Counted from the first letter of the stretch, positions 20,644 through 30,746 are shown. The stretch: DNA of 64,000 nucleotides from an uncultured Mycoplasmatota bacterium (GCA_947571135.1 CANOWY010000003.1:11333-75332), one strand, 5' to 3'. Numbers and translations: made by a program. Notes: generated from the letters alone by a model not told the origin.

Positions 20644-21894
20644 CTACTTTACTAATTTTTTTATTTCGTTTCTATATTTTTCGATTGATTTTTCTTTCGT
20701 AAAATTTTCTTCTAAATATTTTCTTCCCATCATATGTTTCTTAACAAATTGTTCCTTTTCGAAAATTATTTGTCTTAATTTTTCCTCAATCTCACTATAA
20801 TTTCCAGTTTCTGCTGTCACTCCACAATTTGATTTTTCAATAATATTCCACGCTTCTGTTCCAGGTTCTAGAATACCAAAAACGGGCACGTTTGAGGCTA
20901 GACAACCATAGATTTTACTAGGAACGGATACCCCTTTAATTCCTTTAGCATTTGTAACTAAATGCACATCCGCCGCATTCAAACTATAAATCAAATCCTT
21001 TTTATCTTGATAAGGGATAAACGTAATATTTTTCAAATTCTCTTCATTACAAAACTTTACAAGATTCTCTTTAATAGAACCTTCTCCAACAAAAGCAAAA
21101 ATAATATTATTTTCTTCTTTAAATTTTGCAATTATTTTTATTATATTTTCTAAATCATAATATAATCCAATATTTCCAGAATACATGATAACAAATTTAT
21201 TATCTAAATGGTATTTTTTTCTAAACTGCAGCACTTGAGTGTGATTCTTTTCTAAAGGATAAATTTCTTGTTCATTTATCCAATTATTAATCACAACATT
21301 ATAAGGAATTTTTTTATTTTTAAAACGATTTTCTAATGTTTTTTGCATATCCATTCCTACTGTCACTACTAAATCTGCTCTTTTACAAGAATGTTTATCC
21401 AGCCAAAAAAGTACTTTTAAAAGGAACTTATTTTTAGAATATTTTATGGCCATGATTTGTTCTGGATTAAAATCTTGAATATTGTAAATCAATTTCCCTT
21501 TCGTTAGCAAACGTCCCAAATTTCCTAAAATTCCTCCTAATATTGGAGGTTGTGATATAGTATACACAATATCTTGTTTTCCAACTTTACAAGTTGCTAA
21601 AAGGGAATTTAGAAAATAACTGGTTATGTGAAAAATTCTACTTTTTTTATTTTTTTTATTAAAATCACGTACACGTACTCTTATAATTCTGATTCCCTCA
21701 AATTCTTCCTCATAAAACCTTTTCGTTTTGTATTCTGATGCTATATTTCCTGTATAACAAGGAACAGAGCATATTACTGTAATAAGAAAATCATTCTGTA
21801 ACCCTTGGCATAACTCCGTTAATATTTGCGCCGTAGAAGCAACTTCTGGATAAAAATAATTTGCATACACTAACATCTTCTTCTTTTTTTCCAT
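20644..21894 (-). CDS. Family 4 (GT-B) glycosyltransferase
   Basis: 416 aa. The C-terminal half carries the GT4 pattern (FAFVGEGSIKENL...PYQDKKDL...ADVHLVTNAKGIKGVSVPSKIYGCLASNVPV). Confidence 0.7.
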   Translation of the reverse strand: MEKKKKMLVYANYFYPEVASTAQILTELCQGLQNDFLITVICSVPCYTGNIASEYKTKRFYEEEFEGIRIIRVRVRDFNKKNKKSRIFHITSYFLNSLLATCKVGKQDIVYTISQPPILGGILGNLGRLLTKGKLIYNIQDFNPEQIMAIKYSKNKFLLKVLFWLDKHSCKRADLVVTVGMDMQKTLENRFKNKKIPYNVVINNWINEQEIYPLEKNHTQVLQFRKKYHLDNKFVIMYSGNIGLYYDLENIIKIIAKFKEENNIIFAFVGEGSIKENLVKFCNEENLKNITFIPYQDKKDLIYSLNAADVHLVTNAKGIKGVSVPSKIYGCLASNVPVFGILEPGTEAWNIIEKSNCGVTAETGNYSEIEEKLRQIIFEKEQFVKKHMMGRKYLEENFTKEKSIEKYRNEIKKLVK

Positions 21895-21992
21895 TTATCT
21901 GTCACTCCCTCACATAAAAAAATAACTATACTGCTATTTTACATATATAGTTATCATATCATATTTTTACTCTTATTTTTATCCTAAATTGA

Positions 21993-22691
21993 TTATTCTG
22001 CACCATCTTTTTTAAATACTTGTACGATAGTTTTCCAAATAATTTCTAAATCCTTTTTAAAACTAAGATGCAAACTATAATTTTTTTCCAAAATCAAACG
22101 CTTCTGGAAAGTTGTATTGCTTCTTCCACTAACTTGCCAAATACCAGTTAAACCTGGCTTAGTAGAAGTGATAATTCTAAAGTAGCCTCCCATATCTTCT
22201 TTTTCAATGGGAAGATATGGGCGATTTCCTACTAAACTCATATCTCCTAAAAGTACGTTAATAAATTGTGGAACTTCATCTAAAGAAGTTTTTCTTAAAA
22301 ACCTTCCTACTTTTGTAATTCTTGGATCGTTCTTTACTTTTTTGTTTTTAAAATATTCATTTCTAAATTCTGGGTTTTTGCGCATTAATTCTACTAAAAC
22401 TTCATCAGCATTTGGAACCATGGTTCTAAATTTATACATATAAAAATTTTTACCATTTTTTCCTATTCTTTTTTGTTTATAAAAAATACTATGATAATCT
22501 CTATTGTAAAGAGAGATTGCTTTTATTATAAAAGCAAGTGGTAACATCATAAGTATTCCAAAAAAACCACAGAAAATATCAAAAGCACGTTTTACTTTGA
22601 AATACAAAGCATGGCTTACACTTGTGCTTACTTTTAAACTACTTTCTAACATCACACTATTGGTATTCATATAACCTTCTCCTTCAAACAA
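21993..22691 (-). CDS. Undecaprenyl-phosphate sugar phosphotransferase (Bac_transf, short PglC/WbaP-C type), the priming enzyme. The likely true start is at the second Met (MNTNS...).
   Basis: 232 aa with one N-terminal TM and motifs KFRTM, GLTGIWQVSGRS and DEVPQFINVLLGDMSLVGNRP. It is the first gene of the minus-strand cps operon. Confidence 0.8.
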   Translation of the reverse strand: MFEGEGYMNTNSVMLESSLKVSTSVSHALYFKVKRAFDIFCGFFGILMMLPLAFIIKAISLYNRDYHSIFYKQKRIGKNGKNFYMYKFRTMVPNADEVLVELMRKNPEFRNEYFKNKKVKNDPRITKVGRFLRKTSLDEVPQFINVLLGDMSLVGNRPYLPIEKEDMGGYFRIITSTKPGLTGIWQVSGRSNTTFQKRLILEKNYSLHLSFKKDLEIIWKTIVQVFKKDGAE

Positions 22692-22835
22692 TTTTTATCC
22701 CCCTGTTTTCTATTATCACTATTATAAAACATTTTTATAAATTTGACTATTAGTATAACATAAATTTTACAAAAATCCATAAAAACATGGCTTTTTTCGC
22801 TAAAAAATACTACCCAATTTCTGACAAAAAAACAA

Positions 22836-23132
22836 TTAGTCTTCACTAACTGCTTCTTTTGCTAGTTCTTTAAATAAGTCAAAAAATAATCTTCCTACTT
22901 CTTTAAGTTCATTTTCTTCTGTCACTTTTTCGATAGCCTCTTCGCCATCTTTTAAAACATATCTTGCTATCATTTGGTTACTTTCTATCAAATTTTCTTC
23001 TTTATCTACTTCTATTAAATAAAGATAAGTTGTATTGTTATAGTCTAACATATTGGCAATTGTATAATCTTTATCTCCATTCCCATCTTCACTTTCGATA
23101 GTTAATATTTTATATAGTTCTAATTTTTCCAT
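22836..23132 (-). CDS. DUF1292 (YrzB-like) small acidic protein
   Basis: 98 aa: MEKLELYKILTIESEDGNGDKDYTIANMLDYNNTTYLYLIEVD... matches the DUF1292 pattern. Confidence 0.55.
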   Translation of the reverse strand: MEKLELYKILTIESEDGNGDKDYTIANMLDYNNTTYLYLIEVDKEENLIESNQMIARYVLKDGEEAIEKVTEENELKEVGRLFFDLFKELAKEAVSED

Positions 23133-23133
23133 A

Positions 23134-25749
23134 TTATCTTCCTCTTCCTTCTGAAAGTTCTATGTCTTCACTATTGTAGAATCCTTCATATCCTTTTTCA
23201 TCCGCATTTTCATTCATAGCAAGTACACCTACTTGTTCTGCACCATTTGCTTCTATCGCTGCCTTTTTAGCCTTAGCGTCTTCTTCTGTTTCATAAATTG
23301 TTAAAACAGTTCCATTATATTCATAAACAATCCCCGCAACATCTCTTATGCTACTTTCTTCAAAATAAGGAGAAACACCATTTTGTTCGTTTGCAGCATG
23401 TACATCTTGTGTATACACATCTGCTCCCTCTTTGATAACAAAAGTATCATCAAATCCTACATTAGTATTCATTAAGCCATCCCATACTGGAGCATAATCA
23501 AGTTCATCTTTTTCTTTTCTGTCTTGGATATTCTCTTGTTTCTCCGTTACATTCTCCCGTTTATTATTTTCCGCATGAGTTTCATGTAATGCCTTAAGTC
23601 TTGTTTCATCAGCACTTATTTTATCCCCCATAGCAACTTCTTGAACTGAAGTTTTGTTCTCTTCCTCTATTTTTTCTAAAATTAGAGCATCTGTTTCTAA
23701 AACGGTTCCAGTAGCACTTGCATTTTTGGCCAACACTTCTTGGTCTATTACAGTTTCTATATGTTCGTTTGCTTCCACTAAAGGAACATCTTTAAAATCT
23801 TTTAATGAACCGATTCCGACAATGGTAGCAACCCCTACTGCAGCAGTTGTAACGGCAAACGCCAACCTTTTAGGATTTTGGGCAACACGACTATTCTTAA
23901 TTTTTAAAACATTTTGCAGATTCTTAGGAAGTAAATTTAAACATCTATGTACTTTCTCTACTTGATTAGAAATAATAGTTTTAAAACCTACTTTTTCTCT
24001 TTGCTTAACTTCTCTTTTTTCTTTTAACGACTCTAAATATTGATTGGCTTTAGAAAGAATTTCAGAAAAAACCTTTCTTTTTTCTTCTACTTCATATTCA
24101 TCAGAATTTAAAAATTTTTCTGGATATTCTGCGACTAAAGAAGTAAAATCATAAAGATCAACGCCTAAGTGTGTGGCTCTAAACATGACTTTTAAATTGG
24201 CAAGCAAAGCAAATCTTTTCCCTTTATTCAAATTATATAAGGTTCTTTTTAATTTCTTGATATTATGAAGTACTTCCTCTGTTTGATTTTCTTTATACAA
24301 ATCACTTAGTTGATTAAATATTTTCTTTTCAGCCTCTTCAATACTTTCTAACTTAACATCACTATCAATAATTTCAATATTGTTTTCAACGGCATACGCT
24401 TGTAATTCACGTTGTAATCTCTTATAATTCATAAAAATTTTATTAAATTGTTCTAAATGTCTTTTTAAAACGTAAAGGGGTTCTCCATTAATAGTCGCGA
24501 CTGCCATTACTTCATCTTTCGCAGAACGATTTACTACTTGGCTTGCTAAATGAAATAAATCTTGTTTTACATTTTTAAAATCAGCGTAAAGATCGGAATA
24601 CTTCATTTCTTGTTGTGTTGTATCTACCATGTCACTTGGCATATATCCTTCTTTTTCTTTTTCATACTGACGTTTTAATTTTTGCAATCTTCCTGTATAT
24701 CTAATAAAAAGTTCTCTATATTTTTTAGGGATTTCTACAATTTTTCCCTTATATTTCATACAAGTTTTTCTTCCCTTTAACTCGCCTTTTGCATTTAAAG
24801 TAAGAATATTTGCAATAATAAGACTTAAATAATCAATTTTATCTGTAAGAGAAAGTGTTTTAAAAAATTCTTCATCAACAATTACAGTATCTTCTTTAAC
24901 ATTAATTTTATTACTTTGTTCTTCTTTTATACTGTCTTCTACAACTTGAGAACTTTCAAAAGAAGGAACTATTTCCTTGACAAACTGAAGATTCTTTTCG
25001 TAGGCAGAAACTAGATTTTCTTCCTGCTGAATAGGAATCTCTGCTTCTTCCATATCAAAAAAATAATCTAGGGCACTTATAGTTTCATTTCTTAGCATTT
25101 CTATTTTTTGATTAATATCTTGAGATACATGTTTCAAATTTTGTGATATTTCATCATCAATTCTCTCAGTAGCACTCCCTAATTCTTCAATTTTATTCAT
25201 TGCATCCAAAGTATCTTGACTAAAATGTAAATTATCTCTTATCTTGACTTGTTCTAACATTTCGTTGTATTCTTTGGTTTGCAATATAGAATTATAAGTA
25301 TTTGCACTATTTGGATTGGATTTTAATCCTTTTTCATATAAGCGATTCATTTCAGCATCTATCATTTTTGCTTTTAAAGTAAGTAAGTTATATTCTTTTA
25401 AAATAGTAATAAGATAACCCCACTCTTTTTGAATCTCTTTCTCAGGAACAAAATGAATTACCCTATGATAGTGTTTTAAATTTTTTAATAAAATAGAAAG
25501 AAATTTAAAAAATTCCATTTCCTCTTTTAAACGTTCTTCCAATATTTTTCTTGAAATAGAATTAATGATTCCAGAACAAATAGAATCATATTCTTGCTTA
25601 AAATATCTTGTCGTTTCACAAACACGACCAAAATCAGGAAAATTTTTTACCACTATCTTTCCACTTATTATATCTTCTTTAAAATTTCTCAAGCCATCTT
25701 GGAACTCTGCTACTCTTTTATTATAAACGTCTTGGTTCATAACAAACAC
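23134..25749 (-). CDS. Large bitopic membrane protein of unknown function: about 630-aa cytoplasmic coiled-coil-rich region, one TM, about 230-aa extracellular C-terminus
   Basis: 871 aa. Single hydrophobic segment RLAFAVTTAAVGVATIVGIGSL around residue 630. No family recognised. Directly downstream of pbpB. Confidence 0.6.
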   Translation of the reverse strand: MFVMNQDVYNKRVAEFQDGLRNFKEDIISGKIVVKNFPDFGRVCETTRYFKQEYDSICSGIINSISRKILEERLKEEMEFFKFLSILLKNLKHYHRVIHFVPEKEIQKEWGYLITILKEYNLLTLKAKMIDAEMNRLYEKGLKSNPNSANTYNSILQTKEYNEMLEQVKIRDNLHFSQDTLDAMNKIEELGSATERIDDEISQNLKHVSQDINQKIEMLRNETISALDYFFDMEEAEIPIQQEENLVSAYEKNLQFVKEIVPSFESSQVVEDSIKEEQSNKINVKEDTVIVDEEFFKTLSLTDKIDYLSLIIANILTLNAKGELKGRKTCMKYKGKIVEIPKKYRELFIRYTGRLQKLKRQYEKEKEGYMPSDMVDTTQQEMKYSDLYADFKNVKQDLFHLASQVVNRSAKDEVMAVATINGEPLYVLKRHLEQFNKIFMNYKRLQRELQAYAVENNIEIIDSDVKLESIEEAEKKIFNQLSDLYKENQTEEVLHNIKKLKRTLYNLNKGKRFALLANLKVMFRATHLGVDLYDFTSLVAEYPEKFLNSDEYEVEEKRKVFSEILSKANQYLESLKEKREVKQREKVGFKTIISNQVEKVHRCLNLLPKNLQNVLKIKNSRVAQNPKRLAFAVTTAAVGVATIVGIGSLKDFKDVPLVEANEHIETVIDQEVLAKNASATGTVLETDALILEKIEEENKTSVQEVAMGDKISADETRLKALHETHAENNKRENVTEKQENIQDRKEKDELDYAPVWDGLMNTNVGFDDTFVIKEGADVYTQDVHAANEQNGVSPYFEESSIRDVAGIVYEYNGTVLTIYETEEDAKAKKAAIEANGAEQVGVLAMNENADEKGYEGFYNSEDIELSEGRGR

Positions 25750-25821
25750 TTCCTCTTTTATTATTTTTTATTATAACCGATTATCCTGAAAACTGCAAAT
25801 GATTTCGTATTCCTGAATTTT

Positions 25822-25847
25822 CTTAAAAAAGCACGTGAATACGTACT
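25822..25847 (-). terminator. Intrinsic terminator after pbpB
   Basis: Minus-strand RNA AAAAGUACGUAUUCACGUGCUUUUUU: a 6-bp stem (one G-U) plus U6, starting 7 nt after the stop codon. Confidence 0.4.
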
Positions 25848-25853
25848 TTTCTT

Positions 25854-27956
25854 TTACTCATCCGAAAGTTCCACTACAAGTGGTGTTGTTTTATCTATCA
25901 CTTCTCCTGGAATGATATTCATTGTTTTTACTTTCCCATATTTACCTGTTAATTCATAAGGCCAACCTAACATATTACAAAGTGTTACCACCTCATTTGT
26001 ACTCCACCCAATAATATCTGGCATTTTGTAAGTTGTATCATTTGTAAGAAGAATAACTTTCGCTCCCATTAAAACTTCTTCATTATTTAAAGGATATTGA
26101 TTAATAATATATTTTCCTTCTCCTAATACTATTGGGTTTAATCCTTTATTTTTTAACTCTTCCACCGTTGTAGTAAGTTGTTTAGAAATATAATTAGATA
26201 AAGCGATAATTTTACTATGATCTTCATCACTAATAGTATTTACAATTTTTAACGTTTTTGCTGTTTCCTTCACAACATTTTGGACAATGCCTGCAACATC
26301 AGCAGTTCCTCCTACAATTTGTTTAATTGAAATAAAAATGATATACTCAGGATCTTCATAAGGAAATAAACCCGCAAAACTTTTAATATAATCATATTCG
26401 CCCTTTAAATATCCCCCTTGCGGACTTGCAATCTGTGCTGTTCCCGTTTTTCCAATTAAGGTCACATTATCTGGAGCAAACTTATTATTAGATTTTACAT
26501 CATAAACGACTTTATGCATTAGTTCTTTAATTTTATCTGTTGTTTTTTTACTGGCAACTTTAGCAACTTCTGTTCGTCCATTTTCTTCTATAACTTTACC
26601 ATTTTCATCTACAATTTTAGAAACAATATAAGGTTTTATCATTACCCCATCATTAGCAACAGTCGTTAATGCTTGTAACATTTGAATAGGTGTCACTGTA
26701 ATTCCTTGTCCAAATGAGGCCGTTGCGACTTCACTTTCATAGGTAAAAGTAATTTTTCCATCGGCTTCACTTGGAAGTTCAATTCCCGTTTTCTTTCCAA
26801 ATCCCAACGTATCATAAAAACTTCGTAAATTTTTAGCGCCTAAATCTAAACCTAATATTGTCGCGGCTACATTACTTGAAAAAGCAAAACCAGTATCAAA
26901 ATCAATTTCTCCCCAACCCACATTATTATAATCATTTATCTGGGTACCATCACTCAGAATATAATGCCCAGATTGAAAAGTTTTTGTTCCATCATATTTC
27001 CCACTTTCAATGGAGTCCATAAAGGAAAATATTTTCATAACAGAACCTGGCTCATATTGATAAGAAACTAAAGGATTCAGATAACTATCCAAATCTTCTC
27101 TAGAATTCAAATCAAAATTCGGACTACTAGCACTTCCTAAAATAGCGCCAGTTTTAGCATTCATTATCGATAATGTCGCCCAATCATAAGTATAATTTTT
27201 CTTTAATTCTCCAATAGAATTTTCTAAAATATGCTGAACATCTTCATCTAGCGTTAAATAAATATTATTTCCACTAACACTTTTTTCTTCAATTACAGGT
27301 GTATTGGGAATTTGATACCCGTAAGCATCTTTTTGATATTCAATAGAACCATTTTTTCCCTTTAATATATCATTATAGTAATACTCTAATCCCATTTCTC
27401 CATTGATTTCGCCTTCGTCGTTGGCTTTCGCATACCCTAAGATAAAAGAAGCATATCTACCATTTGGATAATACCTTTTAACGCTTCTAACAAAATCAAG
27501 TCCTGGCAAATCTAATGCAAGAATTTTATTTTTATCATTTTCAGAAATTCCTCTTTTTAACTCCACTTGGTATTTATCACGATTTAATAATCCTAATAAC
27601 GTTTCTTTATCTCTTTCTAATATAGAACTTAAAACTTCTGCAGTATATTCCTTATCTACGACATGCTCTGGATTTTCAGAATTTTTGGTTCTACTCTCTG
27701 ATAAATACGCAATAACTGTATAAGAATTTACATCGGTTGCAAGTTCTCTTCCGTTATTATAATAAATAGAACCACGAGAAGCATAAAGACTACGCTTTTC
27801 AGTATTACGATTGCTTGCAAACGCCGTAAGATTTATCCCATCTACATCATTTGAAACAGATACATACACTAACTTTATACAAATAAACAAAAAGAAAAGA
27901 GAAACAAATAGCATGGTCATTTTTATATTAAATCTCAAACTATTCCTTCTCTTCAT
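25854..27956 (-). CDS. pbpB: Class B penicillin-binding protein PBP2B (FtsI-like) with a C-terminal PASTA domain
   Basis: 700 aa with SVMK (SxxK), SSN and KTGT motifs and a C-terminal PASTA (PDIIGWSTNEVVTLCNMLG). Follows ftsL as in the dcw cluster. Confidence 0.85.
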   Translation of the reverse strand: MKRRNSLRFNIKMTMLFVSLFFLFICIKLVYVSVSNDVDGINLTAFASNRNTEKRSLYASRGSIYYNNGRELATDVNSYTVIAYLSESRTKNSENPEHVVDKEYTAEVLSSILERDKETLLGLLNRDKYQVELKRGISENDKNKILALDLPGLDFVRSVKRYYPNGRYASFILGYAKANDEGEINGEMGLEYYYNDILKGKNGSIEYQKDAYGYQIPNTPVIEEKSVSGNNIYLTLDEDVQHILENSIGELKKNYTYDWATLSIMNAKTGAILGSASSPNFDLNSREDLDSYLNPLVSYQYEPGSVMKIFSFMDSIESGKYDGTKTFQSGHYILSDGTQINDYNNVGWGEIDFDTGFAFSSNVAATILGLDLGAKNLRSFYDTLGFGKKTGIELPSEADGKITFTYESEVATASFGQGITVTPIQMLQALTTVANDGVMIKPYIVSKIVDENGKVIEENGRTEVAKVASKKTTDKIKELMHKVVYDVKSNNKFAPDNVTLIGKTGTAQIASPQGGYLKGEYDYIKSFAGLFPYEDPEYIIFISIKQIVGGTADVAGIVQNVVKETAKTLKIVNTISDEDHSKIIALSNYISKQLTTTVEELKNKGLNPIVLGEGKYIINQYPLNNEEVLMGAKVILLTNDTTYKMPDIIGWSTNEVVTLCNMLGWPYELTGKYGKVKTMNIIPGEVIDKTTPLVVELSDE

Positions 27957-27971
27957 AAATAATCTCCTCTT

Positions 27972-28277
27972 TTATTGATTGGTGCCAACTACCTTAATAT
28001 TATCATAATTATAAGTTAAACCGGCTTCTTTTGCAACCTCTTGTATTTTATCAAGAGAAGCAAGTTCATCAATTTGCATACTTAAACTTTCATTTAAATT
28101 TTCTTGCGTACTAATTTTATTTTTTAACTGTTCTACTTCAATATTTGATTCAGATAAAAGCGCTTTCGTAAATACATTTGAAATGGGAACTGCAACAACA
28201 AGCAAAAATAATAAGCAATACAAAAGTTTTTCCCCTCTCACAATTTTAAATCTTTGTCCCATTTTATTCTTTTTCAT
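27972..28277 (-). CDS. ftsL: Cell division protein FtsL
   Basis: 101 aa with a short basic N-terminus, one TM and a coiled-coil extracellular part. Sits between rsmH and pbpB. Confidence 0.55.
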   Translation of the reverse strand: MKKNKMGQRFKIVRGEKLLYCLLFLLVVAVPISNVFTKALLSESNIEVEQLKNKISTQENLNESLSMQIDELASLDKIQEVAKEAGLTYNYDNIKVVGTNQ

Positions 28278-29209
28278 TAAATCACCTTTTCTATCACGCG
28301 AAGTTTTGCACTTTTACTTCGACTATTTTCTTTTATTTCTTCGTCACTTGCTATGACTGGTTTTTTATTTATAATTTGAATGTGTGGTTTATATTCCTCT
28401 GGAATATCTGGAAGCCCTTTCACCATCTCATCTACTTCACTATATTTTTTAAAAATTCTTTTTACAATGCGATCTTCTAAAGAATGAAATGTGATTACAC
28501 AAAGCCTTCCACCCTTTTTAAGTAAAGATATTGCATTGGGAAGTACATCCTCCAAAACATTTAGTTCATGATTAACTTCTATTCGAACGGCTTGAAATAT
28601 TTGTCTTTCTGGATGTTTTTCATAGAAATATTTAGCCCCCACAGCCGTTTCGATAATATGCACAAGTTCCCCTGTTGTGATAATTTCTTTTTCTTTTCGA
28701 TATTTTAAAATAGCAGCAACAATGGCTTTACTTCTAGGTTCTTCTCCATAAGTATAGAACATAGACAATAAATCTTCGCCAGAATAAGTATTCACAACCT
28801 CTTTAGCACTAAACTTTTGCATTCTATCCATTCGCATATCTAAAGGTCCATCTTGCATAAAGGAAAATCCTCTATTTCCATCATCGATTTGGGGACTTGA
28901 AACTCCTAAATCAAACAAAATCCCATCAACTTTTTGAATCCCTTCTTTTTCTAAATATTCTTTCATATTCACAAAATTAGTATGAAAAATTTTGAAATTA
29001 GAACTGATACTCAAAAGTTCTTTTTGAGAATAAAAAATTGCATTTTCATCTTGATCGAAAGCAAATAAATAACCTTCTTTTAAATTTTTTAAAATTAGAC
29101 TACTATGTCCAGCATATCCTAGTGTTGCATCAACATAGATTCCATTTTCTTTTAAATTTAAATTTGCGATTACTTCCTTTTTCATTACACTGTAATGTTT
29201 CATGACCAA
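28277..29209 (-). CDS. rsmH: 16S rRNA (cytosine1402-N4)-methyltransferase RsmH/MraW
   Basis: 310 aa: HYSVMKKEVIANL...YVDATLGYAGHS...FDLGVSSPQID, the canonical MraW motifs. Confidence 0.85.
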   Translation of the reverse strand: MVMKHYSVMKKEVIANLNLKENGIYVDATLGYAGHSSLILKNLKEGYLFAFDQDENAIFYSQKELLSISSNFKIFHTNFVNMKEYLEKEGIQKVDGILFDLGVSSPQIDDGNRGFSFMQDGPLDMRMDRMQKFSAKEVVNTYSGEDLLSMFYTYGEEPRSKAIVAAILKYRKEKEIITTGELVHIIETAVGAKYFYEKHPERQIFQAVRIEVNHELNVLEDVLPNAISLLKKGGRLCVITFHSLEDRIVKRIFKKYSEVDEMVKGLPDIPEEYKPHIQIINKKPVIASDEEIKENSRSKSAKLRVIEKVI

Positions 29210-29637
29210 TTCACATCCATAAATAGATTTTCTGCAATATCAGATAAATTCTCACTGCTTTGGTTTATAAATTCTTCCCATGCAAGTTTATCCCATATTT
29301 CAACACGGTCGTTAGCGCCGATTATCACACATTCTTTAGATAAACCGGCGTAACTAACTAGTGGAGAGGTAAGGCAAGTTCTTCCTTGTCGATCGAACTC
29401 GCATTCAGTAGCACCAGAAAAGAAGGTTCTTGTAAATGTACGGGCATCTTTTTTTGTAAAAGGTAGAGTTTTAATTTGTGCTTCTAGTCTTTCCCATTCA
29501 CATCTTGGATAGACATATAAACACTTTTCAAAGCCTCGTGCAATGATAAATCTTTCTCCTAAGCCGTTCCGAAACTTAGAGGGAAGCACAAGTCTTGATT
29601 TATCATCAATATTATGATGATATTCGCCCATGAACAT
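29200..29637 (-). CDS. mraZ: Transcriptional regulator MraZ
   Basis: 145 aa starting MFMGEYHHNIDDKSRLVLPSKFR (MraZ DXXXR motif, duplicated). Confidence 0.85.
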   Translation of the reverse strand: MFMGEYHHNIDDKSRLVLPSKFRNGLGERFIIARGFEKCLYVYPRCEWERLEAQIKTLPFTKKDARTFTRTFFSGATECEFDRQGRTCLTSPLVSYAGLSKECVIIGANDRVEIWDKLAWEEFINQSSENLSDIAENLFMDVNWS

Positions 29638-29845
29638 TCACATCCCCCACTTTCTACCACAATGTACCACTGTCTACCATTATATTACACAAATTTCCTG
29701 CAAAAGTAAATAGATTCCCTAAAGTTTTTTCAAAAAATTGACATAAAAAATACAACCTAAATGGGTTGTAAAATATACAAAAAAATATACCAGTTATCAA
29801 ATACGCAATAAACTTCTTTATAAATATCATTCTTTTATCAGGGCA

Positions 29846-29868
29846 TGTAAAAAGAGCCCTTAGGCTCT
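29846..29868 (-). terminator. Intrinsic terminator overlapping the efp stop codon
   Basis: agagcc-ctta-ggctct hairpin (29853-29868), followed on the minus strand by UUUUU. Confidence 0.45.
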
Positions 29869-30420
29869 ACTTGAATATTTACCATCTTTAGTAGATATAA
29901 TAATTTTTTCTCCAGTTTCAATAAACAAAGGAACTTTTACTTTATAGCCTGTTTCTAAAGTTGCATCTTTCATTGCGTTATTTGCTGTATTTCCCTTTAC
30001 AGCAGGCTCAGTTTCTACAACTTCAAATTCAATTTTTTCAGGAAGGGTGATTCCTATGATTTCTCCTTCATAAAAGTCAATTAAAATTTCTAAGTTTTCT
30101 TTTAAAAATTTAACATCGTCTCCTAAAACACTAGAAGAAATTTCAGTTTGTTCATAGGTATTTGTATCCATAAATACAAAATTATCACCATTTGCATAAA
30201 GATATTGCATAGGAGACTTTGTAATATGAGCACGATCTACTTTTGTTCCTGAATTAAAAGATACTTCTGTAATAGAACCTGTCTTTAGATTTTTAAGTTT
30301 CATTTTTACAAATGCGGCGCCCTTTCCTGGTTTTACGTGAGAAAAATCTTGTACAACGCAAGGAGCACCATCTACCATAATGGTCATTCCATTTTTAACA
30401 TCATTAACACTAACGTTCAT
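29860..30420 (-). CDS. efp: Elongation factor P
   Basis: 186 aa: MNVSVNDVKNGMTIMVDGAPCVVQDFSHVKPGKGAAFVKMKLKNLKTGS, with the conserved KPGKG loop. Confidence 0.9.
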   Translation of the reverse strand: MNVSVNDVKNGMTIMVDGAPCVVQDFSHVKPGKGAAFVKMKLKNLKTGSITEVSFNSGTKVDRAHITKSPMQYLYANGDNFVFMDTNTYEQTEISSSVLGDDVKFLKENLEILIDFYEGEIIGITLPEKIEFEVVETEPAVKGNTANNAMKDATLETGYKVKVPLFIETGEKIIISTKDGKYSSRA

Positions 30421-30432
30421 CTACTAAACCTC

Positions 30433-30606
30433 CTATTTTCCTAGTTTTGTTTCTTTGAATGTTGTTGTTTTTTTACATTTAGGACAGTATTTTTGTAATT
30501 CTAATTTATCTACAGTATTCTTTTTGTTTTTAATACTAGGACGTCTTGAGTATCCACATTCTGTACACTTAAGACCAAAAAATACTCTATTTAGATTTTT
30601 TGCCAT
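30433..30606 (-). CDS. rpmG: 50S ribosomal protein L33
   Basis: Manual translation gives MAKNLNRVFFGLKCTECGYSRRPSIKNKKNTVDKLELQKYCPKCKKTTTFKETKLGK (57 aa), with the C4 zinc ribbon and the DKLELQKYCP motif of L33. It is below the ORF-track size cutoff. Its stop overlaps the efp RBS. Confidence 0.8.
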   Translation of the reverse strand: MAKNLNRVFFGLKCTECGYSRRPSIKNKKNTVDKLELQKYCPKCKKTTTFKETKLGK

Positions 30607-30746
30607 GTAAGATACCTCTCTTTCTTTTTAAACTATATGTATTATATAGTAAAACGTGCCATTTTGCAAATTATTCTTCATTCTCTTTTTTTAAAGATTT
30701 CTTTTCGATTTTTAAATCATTAATTACAGAAATACCAAAACAACAA

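Noticed and set aside
25831-25846. CACGTG-centred palindrome downstream of pbpB
   Set aside because: Arms of only about 4-6 bp. It is better explained as the stem of the pbpB intrinsic terminator than as a restriction or operator site.
29700-29800. Perfect TTGACA and TGTAAAAT-like elements on the plus strand between mraZ and efp
   Set aside because: The hexamers are 22 nt apart, which is too far for one promoter. They point away from any plus-strand gene, so they would drive antisense into minus-strand genes only. This is a likely chance match in AT-rich DNA.
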